Shown here: positions 42,736-56,099 of the stretch, piece after piece
Numbering within the stretch: the first letter of the stretch is position 1
How the letters are laid out: the number at the start of each line of letters is the position of its first letter
Source: the human T2T-CHM13v2.0 reference genome, Homo sapiens
NCBI RefSeq assembly: GCF_009914755.1
Contig: NC_060940.1
DNA length: 64,000 nt
Strand: one strand, 5' to 3'
The notes under the pieces: generated by a model
The model's database searches: none
Seen by the model: only the letters and a program-made list of their open reading frames with translations
Told to the model about the DNA's origin: nothing
Translations under genes and position numbers: made by a program

Positions 42736-45700
42736 ATTCTATGATGATTCTATTTGATTCAATTAGATGATGTTTCCATTCGAATCCATTCCATGATTAT
42801 TCCATTGGAATCCATTCGGCGATGATTCCATATGAGTCAATTCAATGATGATTCCATATGGGTCCGTTCGATGATAATTCCATTTGATTTCATTCGATGC
42901 TTCTATTCTATTCCAGTCGATGATGATTCCGTTGGAGTCCATACGATGATTCCATTTGATTTCATTTGATGATCATTCCATTCGATGATGATTACATTGG
43001 ATTCCATTCTATGATTCCATTCAATTCCATTCGTTGATGATTCGATTCCATTCAATGATGATTCCATTTGAGTTCATTCGATGATTCTGTTCGATTCCGT
43101 TCGATGGTGATTCAATTCTCTTATATTGGATGATTCCACTCGATTCCATTTGATGATTATTCCATTGGAGTCCACTTAGTGAATCCTTTAGATTCTACTC
43201 GAAGATGATTTCACTCGAGTCCATTCGATGATACTATTCAATTCCATTCGTTGATGCTTCCATTCAAGTGCATTCGATGATATCATTCGATTCCATTTGA
43301 TGATAATTCCATTTGATTCCATGCGATGATTCTATTCGATTCCATTCAATGATAATTCCATTCAATTCAGTGATTCCTCTGGACTCCATTTGATGATGAT
43401 TCCATTCAATGATTCCATTCGATTCTATTCGAAAATGATTCCATTTGAATCCATTTGATGATGATTCCATTGGATTCCATTTGATGATTCCATTCGATTC
43501 CATTCGACGATTATTCCATTCAATTCCATTTGATGATTCCATTCTATTCTATTCGATGATGATTCCATTCGATTCCATTCGATGATGATTGGATTCGATT
43601 CCATTTGATTATTTCATTTCATTCCATTCGTTAATGATTTCGATCAATTCCATTCAATGATTCCATTCGATTCCATTCGATAATGATTACATCCGAGTCC
43701 ATTCGATGATTCCATTTGAGCCTGTTCGATAATTCCATTTGAGTCCAACCAATGATTCCATTCATTTCCATTCAATGATTCCATTCGAGTCCATTTGATC
43801 ATTCCGGTAGGGTCCATTCGATGTTGATTCCATTGGAGTGCATTAGATGATTCCATTCGAATCCATTCGATGATTCCATTCGATTCCATTCGATGTTGAT
43901 TCTGTTCAAATCCATTCGATGATTCCACTCGATTCCATTCGATGACTCCATTTGATCCCATTCGATGATTTCCTTTGATTCCCTTTGATGATCATTCCAT
44001 TTGATTCAATTCGGTGATTTCATTTGATTCCATTCAGTGATGTTTCCATTCGACTCCATTCGATGATGATTCCATTCGACTCCATTCGATTATGATTTCA
44101 TTCAATTCCATTCGATAAAGATTCCCTTCGAGTCCATTCGATGATTCCATTCGATTCCATTCAACGATGATTTGATTCGTGTCCATTCGATGATTCCATT
44201 TGATTCCACTTGATGATGATTCCATTCGAGTCCATTTGATGATTCCATTCAATTCCATACTCCGATGATTTCTTTTGAGCCCACTCAATGCTTCCACTCG
44301 ATTCCATATGATGATGACTCCATTCGATGAAATTCGATGATGATTCCATTCGCTTGCTTTCGATGATGATTCCACTTGAGTCCGTTAGAAGATTCTATTC
44401 AATTACATTCCATGACGATTCCGTTCGTGTCAATTTGATGATTCCATTAGACTCCATTCGACGATGATTCCATTCGATGTTATTCGATGATTCCATTCGA
44501 TCTCATTCGTTGATGATTCCATTCAACTCCATTCGATGTTTCCATTCGAGTTCATTCTATTATTCCATTAGATTCCATTCGATGATGATTCCATTCGATT
44601 CCATTTGATGATTGCATTCTATTTCATTTGATGATGATTCCATTCGAGTCCACTCGATGATTCCATTCGAGTCCATTTAATGAATCCATTGGTTTCAATT
44701 CTATGATGATTACATTGGATTCCATTCGTTGATGATTTCATTCGGTTCCATTCAATGATGATTCTATTCAATTCCTTTCAATGTTTCCATTCAATTCCAT
44801 ACGATGATGATTCCATTTGATTTGATTCGACAGTGAGCCATTCGATTCAATTCCATGATGTTTCTATTTGATTCAATTGGTTGACATTTCCATTCGATTC
44901 CATTCGATGATGATTCCCTTTGATTCCATTCAAAGATGATTCCATTCTAGCCCATTCAATCATTCCATTCGATTCTATTCAATGATGATTCCATTCATGT
45001 CGATTTGGTGATTCCATTTGACTTCATTTGATGATGATTCCTTTCAAGTTCATTAGATGATTCCATTCGATTCCAATTGATGATGATCCCATTCGAGTCC
45101 ATTCAGTGATTCCATTCGTTTCCATTCCATGATGATTCCATTCCATTCCATGCAATGATTCCATTCGATTCCGTTTGATGATGATTTTATTCGAGTCCAT
45201 TTGATGATTCCATTTGATTCCATTCGATGATGATTCCATTCGAGTCCATTCGATGATTCCATTCGATTGCATTCGATGATTCCATTATATTCCATTCAAC
45301 GATGATTCCATTCGAGTCCATTCGATGATTCCATTAGAGTACATTTAATGATTGCTTTGTTTTCAATTCGAAGATGATTACATTCGATTCCATTCTATGA
45401 TACCATTCGATTCCATTCAATGATGACTCCACTCAAATCCATTGGATGATTCCATTCGTGTCCATTCGGTGATTTCATTAGATTCCATTCGAGGATGATT
45501 CCATTCGATTCCATTCGATGATTCCATTCAATTCCATTCGATGATGATTCCATTCTAGTCCATATGATCATTCCATTTAATTTCATTCGATGATGATTCC
45601 ATTCGATTCCATTCGACGATTCCATTCTATTCCATTCGATGATGATTCCATTCGAGTCCATTCGATCATTCCATTCGAGTCCATTTAATGATTCCATTGG

Positions 45701-46071
45701 GTTCAATTCAATGATGATTACATTGGATTCCGTTCTATGATTCCATTCAATTCCGTTCATTGACAATTTGATTCCATTCGATGATGATTCCATTTGAGTT
45801 CATTCGATGATTCTATTCGATTCTCTTCGATGGTGATTCAATTCTATTATATTGGATGAATCCATTCGATTCCATTTGATGTTGATTCAATTCGATTCTA
45901 TTCGATGATGATTCCATTGGATTTCACTTGATGATTCTATTCGATTCCATTCAATGATGATTCACTTCTCGTCCATTGGATGATTCCATTTCATTCCATT
46001 CGATGATGATTCCATTCGATTCCATTCGATGATTCCATTTGATTCCATGTGACGGTGAGCAATTCGATTCA
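42736..46071 (+). repeat. Short derivative unit S1 (3336 bp; double deletion)
   Basis: Anchors 42736 and 46072; ORF anchors 43264 and 46600; junctions at 43836-43844 and 45227-45259. Confidence 0.93.
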
Positions 46072-49000
46072 ATTCCATGATGATTCTATTTGATTCAATT
46101 AGATGATGTTTCCATTCGAATCCATTCCATGATTATTCCATTGGAATCCATTCGGCGATGATTCCATATGAGTCAATTCAATGATGATTCCATATGGGTC
46201 CGTTCGATGATAATTCCATTTGATTTCATTCGATGCTTCTATTCTATTCCAGTCGATGATGATTCCGTTGGAGTCCATACGATGATTCCATTTGATTTCA
46301 TTTGATGATGATTCCATTCGATGGTGATTACATTGGATTCCATTCTATGATTCCATTCAATTCCATTCGTTGATGATTCGATTCCATTCAATGATGATTC
46401 CATTTGAGTTCATTCGATGATTCTGTTCGATTCCGTTCGATGGTGATTCAATTCTCTTATATTGGATGATTCCACTCGATTCCATTTGATGATTATTCCA
46501 TTGGAGTCCACTTAGTGAATCCTTTAGATTCTACTCGAAGATGATTTCATTCGAGTCCATTCGATGATACTATTCAATTCCATTCGTTGATGCTTCCATT
46601 CAAGTGCATTCGATGATATCATTCGATTCCATTTGATGATAATTCCATTTGATTCCATGCGATGATTCTATTCGATTCCATTCAATGATAATTCCATTCA
46701 ATTCAGTGATTCCTCTGGACTCCATTTGATGATGATTCCATTCAATGATTCCATTCGATTCTATTCGAAAATGATTCCATTTGAAACCATTTGATGATGA
46801 TTCCATTGGATTCCATTTGATGATTCCATTCGATTCCATTCGACGATTATTCCATTCAATTCCATTTGATGATTCCATTCTATTCTATTCGATGATGATT
46901 CCATTCGATTCCATTCGATGATGATTGGATTCGATTCCATTTGATTATTTCATTTCATTCCATTCGTTAATGATTTCGATCAATTCCATTCAATGATTCC
47001 ATTCGATTCCATTCGATAATGATTACATCCGAGTCCATTCGATGATTCCATTTGAGCCTGTTCGATAATTCCATTTGAGTCCAACAAATGATTCCATTCA
47101 TTTCCATTCAATGATTCCATTCGAGTCCATTTGATCATTCCGGTAGGGTCCATTCGATGTTGATTCCATTGGAGTGCATTAGATGATTCCATTCGAATCC
47201 ATTCGATGATTCCATTCGATTCCATTCGATGTTGATTCTGTTCCAATCCATTCGATGATTCCACTCGATTCCATTCGATGACTCCATTTGATCCCATTCG
47301 ATGATTTCCTGTGATTCCCTTTGATGATCATTCCATTTGATTCAATTCGGTGATTTCATTTGATTCCATTCAGTGATGTTTCCATTCGACTCCATTCGAT
47401 GATGATTCCATTCGGCTCCATTCGATTTTGATTTCATTCAATTCCATTCGATAAAGATTCCCTTCGAGTCCATTCGATGATTCCATTCGATTCCATTCAA
47501 CGATGATTTGATTCGTGTCCATTCGATGATTCCATTTGATTCCACTTGATGATGATTCCATTCGAGTCCATTTGATGATTCCATTCAATTCCATACTCCG
47601 ATGATTTCTTTTGAGCCCACTCAATGCTTCCACTCGATTCCATATGATGATGACTCCATTCGATGAAATTCGATGATGATTCCATTCGCTTGCTTTCGAT
47701 GATGATTCCACTTGAGTCCGTTAGAAGATTCTATTCAATTACATTCCATGACGATTCCGTTCGTGTCCATTTGATGATTCCATTAGACTCCATTCGACGA
47801 TGATTCCATTCGATGTTATTCGATGATTCCATTCGATCTCATTCGTTGATGATTCCATTCAACTCCATTCGATGTTTCCATTCGAGTTCATTCTATTATT
47901 CCATTAGATTCCATTCGATGATGATTCCATTCGATTCCATTTGATGATTGCATTCTATTTCATTTGATGATGATTCCATTCGAGTCCACTCGATGATTCC
48001 ATTCGAGTCCATTTAATGAATCCATTGGTTTCAATTCTATGATGATTAAATTGGATTCCATTCGTTGATGATTTCATTCGGTTCCATTCAATGATGATTC
48101 TATTCAATTCCTTTCAATGTCTCCATTCAATTCCATACGATGATGATTCCATTTGATTTGACTCGACAGTGAGCCATTCGATTCAATTCCTTGATGTTTC
48201 TATTTGATTCAATTGGTTGACATTTCCATTCGATTCCATTCGATGATGATTCCCTTTGATTCCATTCAAAGATGATTCCATTCTAGCCCATTCAATCATT
48301 CCATTCGATTCTATTCAATGATGATTCCATTCATGTCGATTTGGTGATTCCATTTGACTTCATTTGATGATGATTCCTTTCAAGTTCATTAGATGATTCC
48401 ATTCGATTCCAATTGATGATGATCCCATTCGAGTCCATTCAGTGATTCCATTCGTTTCCATTCCATGATGATTCCATTCCATTCCATGCAATGATTCCAT
48501 TCGATTCCGTTTGATGATGATTTCATTCGAGTCCATTTGATGATTCCATTTGATTCCATTCGATGATGATTCCATTCGAGTCCATTCGATGATTCCATTC
48601 GATTGCATTCGATGATTCCATTATATTCCATTCAACGATGATTCCATTCGAGTCCATTCGATGATTCCATTAGAGTACATTTAATGATTGCTTTGTTTTC
48701 AATTCGAAGATGATTACATTCGATTCCATTCTATGATACCATTCGATTCCATTCAATGATGACTCCACTCAAATCCATTGGATGATTCCATTCGTGTCCA
48801 TTCGGTGATTTCATTAGATTCCATTCGAGGATGATTCCATTCGATTCCATTCGATGATTCCATTCAATTCCATTCGATGATGATTCCATTCTAGTCCATA
48901 TGATCATTCCATTTAATTTCATTCGATGATGATTCCATTCGATTCCATTCGACGATTCCATTCTATTCCATTCGATGATGATTCCATTCGAGTCCATTCG

Positions 49001-49407
49001 ATCATTCCATTCGAGTCCATTTAATGATTCCATTGGGTTCAATTCAATGATGATTACATTGGATTCCGTTCTATGATTCCATTCAATTCCGTTCATTGAC
49101 AATTTGATTCCATTCGATGATGATTCCATTTGAGTTCATTCGATGATTCTATTCGATTCTCTTCGATGGTGATTCAATTCTATTATATTGGATGATTCCA
49201 TTCGATTCCATTTGATGTTGATTCAATTCGATTCTATTCGATGATGATTCCATTGGATTTCACTTGATGATTCTATTCGATTCCATTCAATGATGATTCA
49301 CTTCTCGTCCATTGGATGATTCCATTTCATTCCATTCGATGATGATTCCATTCGATTCCATTCGATGATTCCATTTGATTCCATGCGACGGTGAGCAATT
49401 CGATTCA
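46072..49407 (+). repeat. Short derivative unit S2 (3336 bp)
   Basis: Anchors 46072 and 49408; same two junctions (47172-47180, 48563-48595). Confidence 0.93.
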
Positions 49408-52400
49408 ATTCCATGATGATTCTATTTGATTCAATTAGATGATGTTTCCATTCGAATCCATTCCATGATTATTCCATTGGAATCCATTCGGTGATGATTC
49501 CATATGAGTCAATTCAATGATGATTCCATATGGGTCCGTTCGATGATAATTCCTTTTGATTTCATTCGATGCTTCTATTCAATTCCAGTTGATGATGATT
49601 CCGTTGGAGTCCATACGATGATTCCATTTGATTTCATTTCATGATGATTCCATTCGATTCCATTCGATGATGATTACATTGGATTCCATTCTATGATTCC
49701 ATTCAATTCCATTCGTTGATGATTCGATTCCCTTCAATGATGATTCCACTTGAGTTCATTCGATTATTCTATTCGATTCCGTTCGATGGTGATTCAATTC
49801 TCTTATATTGGATGATTCCACTCGATTCCATTTGATGATTATTCCATTGGAGTCCACTTAGTGAATCCTTTAGATTCTACTCGAAGATGATTCCATTCGA
49901 GTCCATTCGATGATACCATTCAATTCCATTCGTTGATGCTTCCATTCAAGTGCATTCGATGATATCATTCGATTCCATTTGATGATAATTCCATTTGATT
50001 CCATGCGATGATTCTATTCGATTCCATTCAATGATAATTCCATTCAATTCAGTGATTCCTCTGGACTCCATTTGATGATGATTCCATTCAATGATTCCAT
50101 TCGATTCTATTCGAAAATGATTCCATTTGAATCCATTTGATGATGATTCCATTGGATTCCATTTGATGATTCCATTCGATTCCATTCGACGATGATTCCA
50201 TTCGATTCCATTTGATGATTCCATTCTATTCTATTCGATGATGATTCCATTCGATTCCATTCGATGATGATTGGATTCGATTCCATTTGATTATTTCATT
50301 TCATTCCATTCGTTAATGATTTCGATCAATTCCATTCAATGATTCCATTCGATTCCATTCGATAATGATTACATCCGAGTCCATTCGATGATTCCATTTG
50401 AGCCTGTTCGATAATTCCATTTGAGTCCAACCAATGATTCCATTCATTTCCATTCAATGATTCCATTCGAGTCCATTTGATCATTCCGGTAGGGTCCATT
50501 CGATGTTGATTCCATTGGAGTGCATTAGATGATTCCATTCGAATCCATTCGATGATTCCATTCGATTCCATTCGATGTTGATTCTGTTCAAATCCATTCG
50601 ATGATTCCACTCGATTCCATTCGATGACTCCATTTGATCCCATTCGATGATTTCCTTTGATTCCCTTTGATGATCATTCCATTTGATTCAATTCGGTGAT
50701 TTCATTTGATTCCATTCAGTGATGTTTCCATTCGACTCCATTCGATGATGATTCCATTCGACTCCATTCGATTATGATTTCATTCAATTCCATTCGATAA
50801 TGATTCCCTTCGAGTCCATTCGATGATTCCATTCGATTCCATTCAACGATGATTTGATTCGTGTCCATTCGATGATTCCATTTGATTCCACTTGATGATG
50901 ATTCCATTCGAGTCCATTTGATGATTCCATTCAATTCCATACTCCGATGATTTCTTTTGAGCCCACTCAATGCTTCCACTCGATTCCATATGATGATGAC
51001 TCCATTCGATGAAATTCGATGATGATTCCATTCGCTTGCTTTCGATGATGATTCCACTTGAGTCCGTTAGAAGATTCTATTCAATTACATTCCATGACGA
51101 TTCCGTTCGTGTCCATTTGATGATTCCATTAGACTCCATTCGACGATGATTCCATTCGATGTTATTCGATGATTCCATTCGATCTCATTCGTTGATGATT
51201 CCATTCAACTCCATTCGATGTTTCCATTCGAGTTCATTCTATTATTCCATTAGATTCCATTCGATGATGATTCCATTCGATTCCATTTGATGATTGCATT
51301 CTATTTCATTTGATGATGATTCCATTCGAGTCCACTCGATGATTCCATTCGAGTCCATTTAATGAATCCATTGGTTTCAATTCTATGATGATTACATTGG
51401 ATTCCATTCGTTGATGATTTCATTCGGTTCCATTCAATGATGATTCTATTCAATTCCTTTCAATGTTTCCATTCAATTCCATACGATGATGATTCCATTT
51501 GATTTGATTCGACAGTGAGCCATTCGATTCAATTCCATGATGTTTCTATTTGATTCAATTGGTTGACATTTCCATTCGATTCCATTCGATGATGATTCCA
51601 TTTGATTCCATTCAAAGATGATTCCATTCTAGCCCATTCAATCATTCCATTCGATTCTATTCAATGATGATTCCATTCATGTCGAGTTGGTGATTCCATT
51701 TGACTTCATTTGATGATGATTCCTTTCAAGTTCATTAGATGATTCCATTCGATTCCAATTGATGATGATCCCATTCGAGTCCATTCAGTGATTCCATTCG
51801 TTTCCATTCCATGATGATTCCATTCCATTCCATGCAATGATTCCATTCGATTCCGTTTGATGATGATTTCATTCGAGTCCATTTGATGATTCCATTTGAT
51901 TCCATTCGATGATGATTCCATTCGAGTCCATTCGATGATTCCATTCGATTGCATTCGATGATTCCATTATATTCCATTCAACGATGATTCCATTCGAGTC
52001 CATTCGATGATTCCATTAGAGTACATTTAATGATTGCTTTGTTTTCAATTCGAAGATGATTACATTCGATTCCATTCTATGATACCATTCGATTCCATTC
52101 AATGATGACTCCACTCAAATCCATTGGATGATTCCATTCGTGTCCATTCGGTGATTTCATTAGATTCCATTCGAGGATGATTCCATTCGATTCCATTCGA
52201 TGATTCCATTCAATTCCATTCGATGATGATTCCATTCGAGTCCATATGATCATTCCATTTAATTTCATTCGATGATGATTCCATTCGATTCCATTCGACG
52301 ATTCCATTCTATTCCATTCGATGATGATTCCATTCGAGTCCATTCGATCATTCCATTCGAGTCCATTTAATGATTCCATTGGGTTCAATTCAATGATGAT

Positions 52401-52753
52401 TACATTGGATTCCGTTCTATGATTCCATTCAATTCCGTTCATTGACAATTTGATTCCATTCGATGATGATTCCATTTGAGTTCATTCGATGATTCTATTC
52501 GATTCTCTTCGATGGTGATTCAATTCTATTATATTGGATGATTCCATTCGATTCCATTTGATGTTGATTCAATTCGATTCTATTCGATGATGATTCCATT
52601 GGATTTCACTTGATGATTCTATTCGATTCCATTCAATGATGATTCACTTCTCGTCCATTGGATGATTCCATTTCATTCCATTCGATGATGATTCCATTCG
52701 ATTCCATTCGATGATTCCATTTGATTCCATGCGACGGTGAGCAATTCGATTCA
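49408..52753 (+). repeat. Short derivative unit S3 (3346 bp; +10 bp allele)
   Basis: Anchors 49408 and 52754; junctions 50518-50526 and 51909-51941; extra ATTCCATTCG at ~49657. Confidence 0.93.
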
Positions 52754-55700
52754 ATTCCATGATGATTCTATTTGATTCAATTAGATGATGTTTCCATTCG
52801 AATCCATTCCATGATTATTCCATTGGAATCCATTCGGTGATGATTCCATATGAGTCAATTCAATGATGATTCCATATGGGTCCGTTCGATGATAATTCCT
52901 TTTGATTTCATTCGATGCTTCTATTCAATTCCAGTTGATGATGATTCCGTTGGAGTCCATACGATGATTCCATTTGATTTCATTTCATGATGATTCCATT
53001 CGATTCCATTCGATGATGATTACATTGGATTCCATTCTATGATTCCATTCAATTCCATTCGTTGATGATTCGATTCCCTTCAATGATGATTCCACTTGAG
53101 TTCATTCGATTATTCTATTCGATTCCGTTCGATGGTGATTCAATTCTCTTATATTGGATGATTCCACTCGATTCCATTTGATGATTATTCCATTGGAGTC
53201 CACTTAGTGAATCCTTTAGATTCTACTCGAAGATGATTCCATTCGAGTCCATTCGATGATACCATTCAATTCCATTCGTTGATGCTTCCATTCAAGTGCA
53301 TTCGATGATATCATTCGATTCCATTTGATGATAATTCCATTTGATTCCATGCGATGATTCTATTCGATTCCATTCAATGATAATTCCATTCAATTCAGTG
53401 ATTCCTCTGGACTCCATTTGATGATGATTCCATTCAATGATTCCATTCGATTCTATTCCAAAATGATTCCATTTGAATCCATTTGATGATGATTCCATTG
53501 GATTCCATTTGATGATTCCATTCGATTCCATTCGACGATGATTCCATTCGATTCCATTTGATGATTCCATTCTATTCTATTCGATGATGATTCCATTCGA
53601 TTCCATTCGATGATGATTGGATTCGATTCCATTTGATTATTTCATTTCATTCCATTCGTTAATGATTTCGATCAATTCCATTCAATGATTCCATTCGATT
53701 CCATTCGATAATGATTACATCCGAGTCCATTCGATGATTCCATTTGAGCCTGTTCGATAATTCCATTTGAGTCCAACCAATGATTCCATTCATTTCCATT
53801 CAATGATTCCATTCGAGTCCATTTGATCATTCCGGTAGGGTCCATTCGATGTTGATTCCATTGGAGTGCATTAGATGATTCCATTCGAATCCATTCGATG
53901 ATTCCATTCGATTCCATTCGATGTTGATTCTGTTCAAATCCATTCGATGATTCCACTCGATTCCATTCGATGACTCCATTTGATCCCATTCGATGATTTC
54001 CTTTGATTCCCTTTGATGATCATTCCATTTGATTCAATTCGGTGATTTCATTTGATTCCATTCAGTGATGTTTCCATTCGACTCCATTCGATGATGATTC
54101 CATTCGACTCCATTCGATTATGATTTCATTCAATTCCATTCGATAATGATTCCCTTCGAGTCCATTCGATGATTCCATTCGATTCCATTCAACGATGATT
54201 TGATACGTGTCCATTCGATGATTCCATTTGATTCCACTTGATGATGATTCCATTCGAGTCCATTTGATGATTCCATTCAATTCCATACTCCGATGATTTC
54301 TTTTGAGCCCACTCAATGCTTCCACTCGATTCCATATGATGATGACTCCATTCGATGAAATTCGATGATGATTCCATTCGCTTGCTTTCGATGATGATTC
54401 CACTTGAGTCCGTTAGAAGATTCTATTCAATTACATTCCATGACGATTCCGTTCGTGTCCATTTGATGATTCCATTAGACTCCATTCGACGATGATTCCA
54501 TTCGATGTTATTCGATGATTCCATTCGATCTCATTCGTTGATGATTCCATTCAACTCCATTCGATGTTTCCATTCGAGTTCATTCTATTATTCCATTAGA
54601 TTCCATTCGATGATGATTCCATTCGATTCCATTTGATGATTGCATTCTATTTCATTTGATGATGATTCCATTCGAGTCCACTCGATGATTCCATTCGAGT
54701 CCATTTAATGAATCCATTGGTTTCAATTCTATGATGATTACATTGGATTCCATTCGTTGATGATTTCATTCGGTTCCATTCAATGATGATTCCATTCAAT
54801 TCCATTCAATGATTCCATTCAATTCCATACGATGATGATTCCATTTGATTTGATTCGACAGTGAGCCATTCGATTCAATTCCATGATGTTTCTATTTGAT
54901 TCAATTGGTTGACATTTCCATTCGATTCCATTCGATGATGATTCCCTTTGATTCCATTCAAAGATGATTCCATTCTAGCCCATTCAATCATTCCATTCGA
55001 TTCTATTCAATGATGATTCCATTCATGTCGAGTTGGTGATTCCATTTGACTTCATTTGATGATGATTCCTTTCAAGTTCATTAGATGATTCCATTCGATT
55101 CCAATTGATGATGATCCCATTCGAGTCCATTCAGTGATTCCATTCGTTTCCATTCCATGATGATTCCATTCCATTCCATGCAATGATTCCATTCGATTCT
55201 GTTTGATGATGATTTCATTCGAGTCCATTTGATGATTCCATTTGATTCCATTCGATGATGATTCCATTCGAGTCCATTCGATGATTCCATTCGATTGCAT
55301 TCCATGATTCCATTATATTCCATTCAACGATGATTCCATTCGAGTCCATTCGATGATTCCATTAGAGTACATTTAATGATTGCTTTGTTTTCAATTCGAA
55401 GATGATTACATTCGATTCCATTCTATGATACCATTCGATTCCATTCAATGATGACTCCACTCAAATCCATTGGATGATTCCATTCGTGTCCATTCGGTGA
55501 TTTCATTAGATTCCATTCGAGGATGATTCCATTCGATTCCATTCGATGATTCCATTCAATTCCATTCGATGATGATTCCATTCCAGTCCATATGATCATT
55601 CCATTTAATTTCATTCGATGATGATTCCATTCGATTCCATTCGACGATTCCATTCTATTCCATTCGATGATGATTCCATTCGAGTCCATTCGATGATTCC

Positions 55701-56099
55701 ATTCGAGTCCATTTAATGATTCCATTGGGTTCAATTCAATGATGATTACATTGGATTCCGTTCTATGATTCCATTCAATTCCGTTCATTGACAATTTGAT
55801 TCCATTCGATGATGATTCCATTTGAGTTCATTCGATGATTCTATTCGATTCTCTTCGATGGTGATTCAATTCTATTATATTGGATGATTCCATTCGATTC
55901 CATTTGATGTTGATTCAATTCAATTCTATTCGATGATGATTCCATTGGATTTCACTTGATGATTCTATTCGATTCCATTCAATGATGATTCACTTCTCGT
56001 CCATTGGATGATTCCATTTCATTCCATTCGATGATGATTCCATTCGATTCCATTCGATGATTCCATTTGATTCCATGCGTCGGTGAGCAATTCGATTCA
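52754..56099 (+). repeat. Short derivative unit S4 (3346 bp; +10 bp allele)
   Basis: Anchors 52754 and 56100; junctions 53864-53872 and 55255-55287. Confidence 0.93.
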
